Assembly (NCBI RefSeq): GCF_001194135.2
Contig: NC_068989.1
Span: forward strand, 33,246,366-33,294,170
Length of the DNA stretch: 47,805 nt
DNA from: Octopus bimaculoides
Lineage: Eukaryota
Direction: 5' to 3'
The position numbers and the translations under genes are program-made. Under the pieces are notes generated by a model, which did not search any database, was not told the origin of the DNA, and was given only the letters and a program-made list of their open reading frames with translations. Position 1 is the first letter of the stretch; every line of letters begins with the position of its first letter. Shown in pieces: positions 24,138 through 36,500 of the stretch.

Positions 24138-24934
24138 GAATGGGTAATTTCACCACTGGAAATTTTGTCCTTGTAATTTCACCCCCAGAAAATTTACCAC
24201 TGGTAATTTCGTCCCCAGTAAATTTGCCATGAGAAATTTGCCACTAGTAACTTCCGGTGATTTTGTTCCTGTAATTTCATCATAGTAAGTATATTCTATA
24301 CTTTGGGCATATGACACACACAGAGTAGTCATCACATCAAAGTAGTCAAGACAACTAGTGCAATATCATTGGTGCATTTTTATTTGCAAAACATATCTCA
24401 TAAGTACTAAACCATCATAGTTTGACACATCTCACAAGCTCAATGACCAAAAAAGTACAAGTAAACAACACATTTTATAGTTTTAAGCATTCAATATGCA
24501 TCTAATGTGATAAACAACACATTACAAATTCAATATTGTTCAAAATAACAAACTTATAGCACAGCGCATTACAAATTATTGTGTGAAATAACCAACTTAT
24601 AGCACAGCAGTTCATTGAAGATAAAAGTCCGAAATGCATTCAAGTAATTTTTCAAACAGATCAATAAAATATTGAAATACAAAATATATTGGCAAAAAAT
24701 CCAAATAGATGGATAAAAATTTCTAAAATTATGGGTACGAACAGCAGAACAGAGCACCAACACGTGGTTTATGTATATTTGTCAACTCATGTGCGTAGAA
24801 TATATTCCTTGCAATTTCAAACAAAAGAGTTCTCATGTTTGGCTTGGACAGCGGTAGTGAAATTACCTGGGGCAAAATTCTGAGTGGCGAAATTACCGGG
24901 GTTGAATTTTCCAGGGACGAAATAACCAAGCACC
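24138..24934. mobile_element. MULE-like non-autonomous element with inverted arrays of ~15-bp repeats
   Basis: GGTAATTTCNCCNCT-type units on the left (24142-24280) and in reverse on the right (24853-24927). Flanking ATTGCCAA direct repeat at 24129-36 and 24935-42 (9 bp with 1 mismatch). Confidence 0.6.
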
Positions 24935-25101
24935 ATTGCCAACAACCTGCCACTGACCTGGATGTCAATACTATTCTCCCCTGGTAAGAGACAGCAATTG
25001 CTTAAGGTTGATGGCTAAAAATAGATGACCTAGCTCTATATAAAAAAAATGCCACATTGACCAAATTCTTTCCTTTCCTTTTTCTTCTTTTTCTTTGACA
25101 G

Positions 25102-26460
25102 CTGATTTTTTTTGGCTCAGAAAAAGATAGCTTTAGACTTCTGGTTCCCTATATTTTCAGTTAATCAATTGATCAATTGATAAGATTGAATCATGAAAGC
25201 ATCCAAATGCAAATCTGAGACGGCTGTAAGCCTAAAATAAATAAATGTATATAATCCATTATTTCTGTCTATTTTACATATCACTCTGTAAAAACGGTAA
25301 ACTGAATATTGGAACCATGGATTTACAAATTTGGCTGGTGATAGACTTGTAGCATAGACTGTAGATATACATTCGAATGTAGCAGGGACCAACTGGCCTT
25401 TGGCTGCTGTTTATATTCCGTTGTGTCCACTACTCTGATTGGTTGGTATTGGCGCAATTTGTATCCTACTCTGTTGTGCCAACTGACCACGGATAGTCAG
25501 TCAGAGATTTTAGATAGCATCACATGAACGACCTTTTTCAAACCTACTACTTTCCATAAAAGCCCAGCTTTTCCCTCAATATATGTCTTTGGTTCCAGAC
25601 CTTTTATGGTCAAGCCACGTAGACACAGCCAGTTCCAGCAACAACACCACAGCAGCCACATTGAGACTTGCCAACTTCGTCCAACAGCATTACAGCAACC
25701 TCCGTCTTCGTTGCCACCATCATCTTCTTAACCTCATCAACATCATCTCTCTACATACACAGCTCAGCAAGCAACTCGCCCAGGTTCTAACACTTCTCTG
25801 TTCATGAATTACTTCACCATGAATCAACAGCAAATATACAACCTGCAAGAATTCCTGTACCAAGTGACCCAGGCAGCAACATCACAGCCATAACTTCATG
25901 TATGACATGTACCTACAACTGGCTCAGTATCATGGCTGCGACTTCTTGATACAGTATTTCAACTACTGCGTACAAATGACTATGAACTGGTATTATTTAT
26001 CTTACTTGTGTCTATGAACATTCTTCTTAGTTCTCTTTATAGACTCTTTCACTGTCTACTTATCAATATCCTTAAACATACACAACACGCACAAGCATCC
26101 ATGCCTATACACACATACATGCATAAACTTCCTTCTCATGATGGCCTGTTGATTTATTTCTGTATCCATGACACACACACACACACACACACACACACAT
26201 TATTATATCAATAATCATTCTATGCGGTTGTGTCTCCTTTTTCCTTCTGGCAAATATGTGTACTATTCAAATTATATATTTATTGTATCAACCATGTGAT
26301 ATACTAAGGAGCCATTCTTGTCACATCGCATCGCACAGTCCCTACAGACTTTAATTTGGATTATCTAAAGTACAGGACTGATCACAAGACATTTTTGTTA
26401 GCCTGAGATACTTTTATCTGCAGAAAGCTTAAGAAGTATATCACCTGGATTACTATTCTG
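25102..26460 (+). pseudogene. Decayed exon-intron-exon module, copy 3 (intron contains solo LTR A)
   Basis: CTTTGACAG|CTG...ATCTGAGACGGCT|GTAAGC (25102-25225). Intron shares ATCCATTAT..ACTCTGTAA.AAC..GATTTACA with copy 2. Second acceptor ATCTGCAG|AAAGCTTAAGAAGTATATCACCTGGATT at 26424. Confidence 0.4.
25348..26346 (+). mobile_element. Solo LTR A (999 bp)
   Basis: TGTAG...CTACA termini. 4-bp TSD GACT at 25344-47 and 26347-50. Homologous to LTRs B and C. Confidence 0.85.
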
Positions 26461-26506
26461 TTATTAGACCCTGTTTGTTTTGATATATATAAATATACAT
26501 ATACAT

Positions 26507-26545
<39 letters not shown>

Positions 26546-26748
26546 NNNNNNNNNNNNNNNNNNNNNNNNNNNNNNNNNNNNNNNNNNNNNNNNNNNNNNN
26601 NNNNNNNNNNNNNNNNNNNNNNNNNNNNNNNNNNNNNNNNNNNNNNNNNNNNNNNNNNNNNNNNNNNNNNNNNNNNNNNNNNNNNNNNNNNNNNNNNNNN
26701 NNNNNNNNNNNNNNNNNNNNNNNNNNNNNNNNNNNNNNNNNNNNNNNN
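26546..26748. other. Assembly gap
   Basis: N run between (TA)n and (TG)n, probably within a SINE A. Confidence 1.
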
Positions 26749-26968
26749 TGTGTGTGTGTGTGTCTGTGTTTGCCCTACAACATCGCTTGACAACCAATGT
26801 TGGTGTGTTTACGTCCCCGTAACTTGGTGGTTCAGCAAAAAAAAAAGATAGCATAAGTGCTAGGCTTACAAAGAATAAATCCTAGAGTTGATTTGTTCAA
26901 CTAAAAGGCAGTGCTCCGGTATTGCCACAGTCAAATGACTGAAACAAGTAAAAGAATAAAAGAAAAGA
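26749..26968 (+). mobile_element. SINE family A 3' half
   Basis: CAACATCGCTTGACAACC..GGTGTGTTTACGTCCCCGTAACTT..CACAGTCAAATGACTGAAACAAGTAAAAGAATAAAAG. Confidence 0.9.
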
Positions 26969-26993
26969 ATATATTGGCCACTTAGTATAAAGT

Positions 26994-27957
26994 TGTAGAA
27001 ACGACTGTGCGAACTAAAGGAGAAATGGTGACGAATGGAAAACAGGCTCCTTTTTAACGCGTCGCACGATCAACACAAAATATGATAATATATGTTATAT
27101 TACTATAACATAGAGAATTCGCATGTGAAATGCGAAGGAGTGCCAGTAAGGAAGAGATAGAAATGCAACCGATAAAGATGTATAACAGTAAGATTTATTG
27201 GAGCATTAAACTGTATGTCTGTGTGTGTGTGAATGCGACATAATAAAACAATATAAGACAGGCCATCATGTAAACAAAATGTGTGTATACAAATATATGT
27301 ATGTGAATGCAAGAGATACAAAGCATAGAAAGAGTCTGTAATAAGTACGTTAGAAGTCCAGCCACCAGGATAAGGAAATACCAGTTCTGTTAAGGTACAC
27401 AGTAGTTAGAAAGTCTGTATATAAGAGGTTAAGGTTGAGGCAGAGCTAAGTCACTAGTCGTGCAGTTGAGGCTTCTATGCCGGGCCGGATTCTTGATACA
27501 GATGTTCTTTGCAGGTTGAGTTCTGGCTGTTAATTCATGGTGAGCAAATCACACAAACAGGGTTGAGAAGCTGCGGTTGCTGTTTGGTAGCTTGTGTTGA
27601 CGCTGGGGACGAGGATTGTAGTAAACAGTTGAACGATGCTGTTGATGTCGTCGCTGGAACTGGCTGGTTGGTTGGTGCTGTGTGGTCTACGACCAGATCT
27701 TAGAAGATCTGAAGCCACGACAAAGTGACGCGTATAAAGTAGGCTATTTATAGGTACAAGGAGGCTCCAGAAAGCATCAGAAAAACACTCTCTCATGTGA
27801 CCTTATTAGATGGCCACGGTTGGCCGGTTTGCATCCTGGCACGAACGGACTGGAGACAATTGCCGCGAAAATAAAAGTCAGTCAGGTGGGAAAGAGTTGT
27901 TACCTGCTACGTTCGCATTTGTAAATAAATAACCGTGAGAGAGGTGGTTTCACTACA
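26994..27957 (-). mobile_element. Solo LTR B (964 bp)
   Basis: TGTAG..CTACA termini. 4-bp TSD AAGT at 26990-93 and 27958-61. Minus-strand TATAAATA at 27745-52 and AATAAA near its 3' end. Shares long blocks with LTR A (e.g. CACCATGAAT.AACAGC..AACCTGCAA). Confidence 0.85.
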
Positions 27958-28067
27958 AAGTACTCAAAGATAAGTCTGAGAGTGAATATCTTGTTGGACT
28001 AATGCAGCAAAATATATTTTGTCTGACTAATGATCATGGCTTAAATATTTTATACATACATATATAT

Positions 28068-28501
28068 TGTAGCGTACGCCTTAGGGGATACTTCTCTCTC
28101 TGTCTGTTATATATACATGAATACGGACATAGTGGATAACAGCTAGCCTTCGGTCGCACCTTTGGATCCTGTTGTGTCCACCACTCTGATTGGTTGGTAT
28201 TGGTGCATTTTTGTCTCCTGTTCTATTATGCACCAAGATGCAACCCAACCAATCGCAGCTTTCAGATAAGGTCGCATGAGACAGTCTTTTCTGAACCCCA
28301 GTTTGAGCCGACAGTATATTATAAATAGCTAGCCTCTCACCGTCACAGTTTGTCAGTCTTCTCAGCTCCAGACATTCTGAAGTCTAGCCGCTGACCACGG
28401 AGCACACAACCAGTTCCAGCGACGACAACAACAGCCACATGGAAACTCAATACTTCATCCAGCAGCATTCAGGAACTCCATTCTTCATCGCCTCCAGCTT
28501 C
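28068..28501 (+). mobile_element. LTR C, 5' part (same family as A and B), truncated by the Gypsy insertion
   Basis: TGTAGCG start. GTTGTGTCCAC.ACTCTGATTGGTTGGTATTGG shared with A. TATAAATA at 28320-27. CCAGTTCCAGCGACGAC shared with B. Homology stops at ~28500. Confidence 0.75.
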
Positions 28502-31500
28502 TTAGCGTTACTCTCTGAACAAATAACAATGGTAATTTATTTCATCTGAATAAACATTTCATCTCTGGACATCAGTAGCCAGAACGCCTTGGTGTGGAAG
28601 CAGCAGGATTGGTAGTTAGATACAACACAAAAATACGAAGGCATTTTCACAGACTCGCAATGTTGCTCGCCATCAGAATTCCAGCTCCACGGGGCTGGTC
28701 TCAGTTGTGTCCTGCCTGGTCAACAGCCAGGGCCGAAAAAGGGCGAATGGTGGTCAAGCCTAGCTGCTGCTGATGATTGCGCATGCGCATAAGGGGCTTC
28801 CGTCAGATCTCCAGAAAGCTCTAATCCTATGCACATGCGTGGACGAATGTTCCAAAATGGCGTCTAGAACCAGGCATCACTACAAGGCTCCCCCTTGAGT
28901 ACAGAAGCATGAAAATAGAAAGATTGCAGTGGCGCCAGAAACAAGATGGCTACTGATCACCCACAAGATGTGGCACAAAATATGACAAGTCAAAAGAAAA
29001 TAATTACAATATAAATGAGTATGCACAAAATATTTTACAAAATGTTCAATAGCAAAACATTGAAACTGTTCAGTACACAAAAGAACACCTGTCTGTCACA
29101 GGAAACACAAAAGAGAATGTCAAATATAAATAGTCTTTGCAAGTTTCTTGGGCCAGTGAACAGTTTGGCCAGTCCTGATGACATAGGGTCTGCTCGAGGC
29201 AGGTTGTGACGATGCAGGTGGTGATGTAGGTGATGGTGTTGTCAAAGGTTTATGTGTAGGTGATGGTATTTTCAAGGGTGCATGTGTAGGTTCAAAGGTG
29301 GGCGTGGCAGCAGTGTCATCGAAAGATGTTGACACCTCAAAATATGCTCTTCTAAGCCGATCTACAGAAACAGTCTCCATACGACCATTCATATCAATTG
29401 TAAAAACTTTGGGTGTGCGAGAAAGCACACGAAAGGGTCCTTTGTAAGGAGAAACAAGGTGTCCCTTGACAGTGTCATCCTGAACAAAAACATGCAATCG
29501 AGAGCCAATATCTGATGGGACAGTTGAGGGTGGAGATTGGTCCCAGGAACCCATGAGCGGAAGATTAGAAAAATAGGTGCGAAGTGTGGCGACGTACGAT
29601 GCCGGATCATGAAGCTGTGAAATGTCTGGCACCAACATCGTGAAATGTCTGGCACCAACATTGTACCAGGCAATGCTAGCATGGTACCATACAGCAGCTC
29701 TGCAGAGGAGAAACCCAGGTCTGCCTTGACAGCAGTATGACAGTCAAGAAGCACAATTGGCAGAAACTCAGTCCAAGACTGCGGATCTGGAGAGGTACGT
29801 AGAGTGGCCTTGAGCTGTCTATGAAACTGTTCGACCATCCTGTTGGAAGCTGGATGGTAACTGGTCGTGCAAATGTGATGCACACCCAGAATTCGTGACA
29901 ATTCACGAAATAAAGAAGCTTCAAACTGGCGTCTGTGATCAGTAGTTAATCTGGACGGAACTCCGAAGTGGGAAATCCAGTTAGAAACAAAAGCTTGAGC
30001 AACAGATTCAGCAGAAATGTCTGTTATTGGAATGGCTTCTGGCCAATGGGAGAAACGATCGATACAGGTCAAGATATAAGAGAACCCGTGACTCACAGGC
30101 TATGGTCCAACCAGATCGATGTGGACATGGTGAAAACGGGCCTCTGAAGGAGAAAACTGTCCAAGTGGAGCATGAATGTGCCGTTGGATCTTGGAATGCT
30201 GGCACTTGGAACAAGTACATGTCCAAGAAGTAATTGTGCGACGCATATTTGGCCAGAAAAAACGAACAGTGATAAGCTTCAGTGATGCCCGGATGCGACA
30301 AGGAGTGCAGGGCCTCAAACACTGAGCGTTAGTGATTCTCAAGCACAAGTAGCCTGGGAGAACCAGTAGAGTTATCACAAAGAATAGTGCCTTCAGCCAA
30401 TGGAAGCGGAAGATAGGCAAATTGGCAACAGGAGAACTGGGGCGAAGTTAGATCTAACTTCACCAAAGCTGGTTGGCCTGCGAAATGGCAGTCAAATTGA
30501 TTGCAGCAGGAGATGAAAGAGAACAGACAGGAAGACGAGAAAGAGCGTCAGCAGGAATGTTTTCTTTCCCAGGTATATGACGATTGTCACTGGTAAATTG
30601 TGAAATAAAATCCAAGTGATGGATAGCACGAGGCGAGAGTCTGTCCGTCTTAGACGATAGGGCAAATGTAAGAGGCTTGTGATCAGTATAGATCACAAAA
30701 TCTCGACCTTCAAGCTGATGCTGGAAATGACAAACTGACAGATAGATCGCTAAAAGCTCACGATCAAATGTGCTATAACACCACTCAGCTGGTTGTAATT
30801 GGTGAGAAAAGAAAGCCAGAGGTTGAGTTCGGTTGTCCACTGTGTGCTGCAGCACAGTGGCTATCGCAGTGTCCGATGCCTCCACAGTTAAAGAGAGAGA
30901 AGCATCAGGAACCGGATGTGCAAGCAAAGGAACAGAAGCTCTTTCCTTCTTGATTGACTCAAAAGCAGATAACGCCTCAGCTGAGAGGGTGATTTGACCG
31001 TCCTTTCTAGAGGTGTTCTTTAGTAGTTGGGTCAAAGGAAATAGCTTGTCCACACATCTGGGTATAAAGCATCTATAGAAATTTACCATACCTAGAAAAT
31101 GGTGCAACTGATGCAAAGAAGGAGGTGCAATGTGTTGAATTGCATCGACTTTGGACGAGAGAGGTTTGATGGCACTCGAGTCAATATGATGTCCCAGAAA
31201 TTCAAGAGAAGATTGCCCGAAAATACACTTATCAGGATTAATACGCGAAGACACTGTAAAAGCTGAGACAAATGCCGGAGATGATTCTTACGTGTGTTGC
31301 TTGCAATGAGTATGTCATCAATGTAAGCAAAAACAAAATGAAGTCTGCGGATGACTTCATCAGTGAAATGCTGGAACGTACTGGTAGCGTTCCACAAACC
31401 AAAATTAATATATAGAAACTCAAAACAACCAAAAGGAGTGGTAATGGCAGTTTTTGGAATATCGGCTGGATTGACCGATATCTGATGATAAGGCGCGAAT

Positions 31501-33330
31501 GAGGTCAACCTTAGAAAATATGATACAGCCATGAAGATTTACTGAAAAATCCTGAAGGTTTTTTATAGGATATCGGTCAGGTACCGTAACTGCATTCAGA
31601 CACCTATAATCCCCCACTGGGTGGAAATCAGAATCCCCTTTACATGCCAAATGAAGGGGAGATGCCCAAGGGCTGGTGGAGGGGCATATCAGGCCAAGTT
31701 GGAGCATGTGCTCAAACTCGGCCCTAGCCATTTTTAGACGGTCAGGTGCAAGACGCCACGGGCGCGAAAAAATAGGTGGCCCAGTGGTGGTAATAAAATG
31801 GAAGATTGAGTGCGTGGGCTTTTCCGAATGAAAAGTATAATCCACTAGCTCTGGAAAGGAAACCAAAAGAGAATGAAAAGCATCTCCAGTGGTGGCAACA
31901 AAAAATTCCGGGCTAAGAACTGCATTGGTAGAACCTTTGGTCGGCGTAGAGAGTGACGTGGAACCATCGACAGGCCTCTGTTACCTGACATCTACCAATA
32001 GATTAAAGTGGTTCAAAAAATCATCTCCCAGAATAGGATGTGGTATGTCAGCTATGACAGAAACCCATTGAAAATCTCGATGAAGATTGAAATGCAGGCA
32101 TAAAGAAATCTGACCAAAAGTAGCAATGGAAGATGAGTTGATTGCATGTAAAACAATGGCAGAACGCTTAGGCCTGTCTGCAGTGAGATGAAGAGGCCAA
32201 ATACTGCAAGAAGAACCGGTATCAACCATGAAGAGTTTCTTAGACACCAAATCTTTTACGAAGAATGCACGATAAGTAGGAAATGAAGAGGAGGAAGTTG
32301 GCGTGCTCAATTCCTCTGAGACTCGTTTCCCAACGACTTAAAGCTACAAGGCTGAATACATTTGTGGGCTTTTTCTGCAAATCTTGCATGGTACCAACAC
32401 AGAATGGAGTGTGACAGAGAGGCATGAGAGGCAGAATGACTGCAACTACGAGAACGCGAAAGATGTCGGATATCCCTGCACAGTATGTGCATCTGCCGTG
32501 TGTGTGCGTCCAGCTTTTCAGAAATCTCATCATTTTACAAGGGAGAGGATTTAACAGAGGTTGCCTAAGAAACCTCAGAACAAGTGCAAGCACCACGTGA
32601 TGACGGCTGTATGGAAAATTCCAAAATTTTCTCCACCATAGTGGAAATTTGATCAATGGTGTTGTGCTCGAGAGCTAGGGCCAAAATCGCCTGTACGTTC
32701 AACAGGAACCGGAAAAAAAAAATTTTTTGCAAAAGAGGCGCGTCAGCTGGATCATCACTTAATTCACACAGACAGGGCAAAAACTGTGACGGGGTTCTGT
32801 CTCCCAATACCTCGTCTGCCATTAGTTCTTTGAGGCGTCTCTCCGCAGATCTGGTGTTACGGCACAGAATCTCCGCCTTAACAGACGTATAAGTGGCATC
32901 TGGGCTGGGAACTGTAATTAGATCCCTAGCAGAGGTGGCGAGTGGTGCGGGCATGCCACAATACAAAAGATGCAACTGTTGTGGGGCAGAAATATTGTGA
33001 GCCGGAAAGTAGGCTTCAATCTGCGTGGGCCACAACGTAACATCTCCTGGAAACGGAGGTAACATTGGCAGGGACATAATTTTTGTTCGGTCTTTTTACT
33101 GACTCTGTAACATGGAAAACAGAAAAACAAATGGAAATTGGCGATGAGAAAAAACAGAAAGACCTCAGTGATGAGAGAAACACACAAGAAGTAAAAGAAA
33201 CTGACTAGTGAAACGACAAAAATATATTCGTGGAGCAATGTGTGCACAAAAAGGAAAAAAAATTTCTTAAGCAAACAATGTTTTTTTTTTATGTACTGTA
33301 TGTCGGGAAAAAAAAATTCACCAACCTTTG
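28502..33330 (-). mobile_element. CsRN1/Kabuki-type Ty3/Gypsy retrotransposon, decayed; 3' LTR 28502-28884, no matching 5' LTR
   Basis: Gag (PPFPGDVTLW..QIEAYF..LGDRTPSQFL) with CHCC motif CWYH-X9-C-X3-C. GGGAAAC slippery site at 32325-31. Protease VDTG; RT FAYIDDILIAS; RNase H; integrase HVHIDLVGP/ITTD. PPT AGGGGGAGCCT next to TGTAGTG at 28884. tRNA-Trp-like PBS remnant at 33301-23. Confidence 0.9.
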
Positions 33331-33578
33331 TAGCGCTGATAAAAAAATGAAAAACAAGAAAAAATACCAGAAAAAATTGTACACGTGTGTACTGATGTGT
33401 TCTGTTTGTAAGGCTGTCCTGTTTTTTTTTTTTTTTTTTTTTTCTGTGTAGCTGGTAAAATGAATTTCACTGGAAAGAACGAAAATTAAAAGTTAATGTC
33501 ACTGCTAAAAATAGTAGTTAAAAAAACCTGTAGAAACTATGTCTGAAAGAAAATGGCTCTAAAAACAACACCTATACT

Positions 33579-36500
33579 CAGTGGCGGATCTACAATATTG
33601 GGGCCTTGAAGCTTAAAATGTTATGGGGGCCCCCTTTATAACCAGCAACAGTTGGGTAACATCCAACAAGGTCAAAGAATTTTCGTGCCCTTGCAAGGAA
33701 CTCCAGCTTGAAGCCTCGAAAGCCTAAGTGGTGGAGTTGTGATGTGGAGTCCTTAAAAATGAGTCTGAATGTGAGCCTCTTTCCACCAGAAACGTGGTGT
33801 GGGTAATCACCAATATCTTTGTCGATGTGGTTGTTCCATGGCAGATCACTACAAATATTTTCCAGGCTATGCCTTATACTTTTAGAGTTATGGGGGTTGA
33901 AAATTAGGGAAGTGTTATATACATGCATGATGCATCATTAAGACACATATGAAAATTACAAAATATTCTTTTTTCTGTTTTTTGTAGCAACAGTTTTGTC
34001 ATGTGACAGCTTCCTTGCAATGTCATTTTCTAGAGACAATATGCATAAGGAATTTAAGTGCTCTTCAGTCATGGTAGACTGAAATTTATTCTTAACAAAG
34101 GAAAGCTTTGAGGAACTCCTTTCTGCTTCACAGCTCGTAATAGGCATTGTCAAGAACAGCTTATGAGCAGTGGTAATATAAGGGGATACTTCAATTAATT
34201 GTTGCTCATAAATAAGCTGAAGAACTTCAGTGCATTGCATTTTAGATGGTGTGTTTTCTTCTGCGTTCCGGGATTTCCTGAGGTGTAAATACCCTTTAAA
34301 CTGATAACACTCATTTATTAATTTGCGGTCAATATCATCTTTGTAATGCGATATTATAAGTTTGATACTGTTCTCATCAAATTCTGAATTGTTCATCAAT
34401 TTTGAGAGAAACTTGAACCTTTTCACAATCTGCTCATATAGATCTGTCCTATTGCTTAACTGGATTATCAAGCAGTCATAGACTTGATTTAGAACTTCTA
34501 TCCTAAATTTTTCAGCCCCTTTCAAAGAAGCCTTATCATGTGTTCTATCTGCAAATTTCTTTGTAACAATGCAGTTGGAAACATCAGAATAATTTAAGGT
34601 GATATATTCACATAAACCTTTTGCTACTGATTCATAGTATGCAATCCTGTTGGCTGAATTTTCTCGTAGTTCTTTAGCAAATGAAAGCAAATATGTTAGC
34701 ATAAGGTAAATTTCAATAACATCAGAACCAGGGGTTTGGAGTTTCTTACTTGTTTTCTTAAAACGTTCTATAACTTCTTCCTAAACGGCTGTTAAAACAA
34801 AATATTCCAATTTTACCAACTTGTGGTATAAATTCTTTGCATCTCACTTACATTCAGGCATCTCTTCTGAGTCATCAAACATATGTTTGAGAGTTTGTAA
34901 AATATCCCTACATCCATTTCTAATTGCCTGGACTGCTTCACAGTGTGCAGACCATCTAGTTACACTTAAGCTCTTTAGAGAAAAGGCTAGATTGCCCTGT
35001 GTGTTCAAAATCCCCCATCTTCGAGAAGATTCATAAAAGAAAACATACAGCTGCTGCAAGGTGCCAAAATAGTCAACAACTTCAGGTACAGTAGACACTG
35101 CCTTTTACCAAACAAGGTAGAGTGAATGGCTTCCACATGGTACACAGTCTACATACCTGTTGATGTTTTTAAGAAGTACTCGCAGCCCTTTCTCTGAGCC
35201 CTTCATGTTGGAAGCATTATTGTACAACTGACCATGGATATTTTCAAGTGAAAGCTTATGCTCCCCTAGAAATTGTTATTTTGTTGAACAAGATCATGGA
35301 TGAATGTTTTTCTATTTGCGAAAAAGCTAAAGATCTCTCACAGGGTCTTCCATTATAACAGTATCAAACCACAATTACCAGCTGGTCAACATGTGTTATG
35401 TCAGGTGTTAGTCAACAATAATTGAGTAGTATTTGATGTCTAGGTTGTTCATCTGATTCACCACTTGATCTTCCACATGTTTTCCCATGATTTCTATCAA
35501 TTTTTTATACAAAGATTTCGATAGGTAAGTAATATTTACTTTTACATTTTTCTAAATGTTCATGTAAAAATGGGTCAAACTCTGCAATAAGCTGAATGGC
35601 CCCCATGAAATTTCCATTGGGGAGCCCCACTTTTCCTCACGACCTGTAAATGCTAAACCTCTTTCATTTAAAACCTTTATAACTGCTACAACTATTTCTA
35701 GTACTTCAAATCAATACTATATGTTTTTTCTCAACTGTTCCTCAAGTTGCTGATCACAGTGTTTTTATTTGACTTTCGTGTTAGCCAGTTCATCATCGCT
35801 GTTATGTTCCATGCTGTCTTCATGATTTTCTACAGTTCTGAGTATATTCATCCAATCAAAAAACTTACCCATTGTAAGTGATATTTGGCATTTAGAAAAG
35901 AGTTTGCTCTTTGAGTAAACTAACCAGGATCTCATCACAGTCTGGCCATTTTTCAATCATTTTTTCAATCATTTTTTCAAAGTACTTGTTTGAGAAACTT
36001 TGATTTTGCTGTTTGTAAATCTTGTTGGATTCAGTATATACATTATCTGGTTTTTTATTTTGAAAAAAAACTCATCTTGCATTAAACAGTTTTGTATGAA
36101 ATCATTATCAATCATTGCGGACCAGTTTGCCAGGTCAGTGTAGTCTTTGTAATCACTAAATTTGCTTCCTGTTTCTGCTCTCTCTTTTCTTGAAGTCTTT
36201 GACCACCTTGATCATCATCTGCACCAAAAGTATCAACAGTAGGTTGATTATTGCTAAACAGAGCACTCATGGTTTGCACACTATTATTGACTTCACTGGT
36301 GCTTGCATGGCTTGTTTCAGTTGCAGGTGAGGACAAACTTGTACTTGACATTGTAAAATAGTTTGATAGTTTTTGACATTTAGAAATTTCATTAGATTGC
36401 TTTTCCTTGAGTTAGCATTTCTGGTATCTGCTTAAGTACTTTCTTGAAGACATTGCTATTCCTCTTGGGGCCTAGACCTCTGTGAAAAAAATTAGGGTAA

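Noticed and set aside
28068-28884. A single 817-bp LTR with TGTAG...CTACA ends
   Set aside because: Homology to LTRs A and B is in plus orientation and ends at ~28500. The PPT at 28885-95 defines a minus-strand LTR ending in a degenerate terminus at 28502, and there is no TSD. It is two fused LTR pieces.
33590-33928. 112-aa ORF inside the hAT end as a captured gene
   Set aside because: No recognisable motif, and this length is compatible with chance in a subterminal region.
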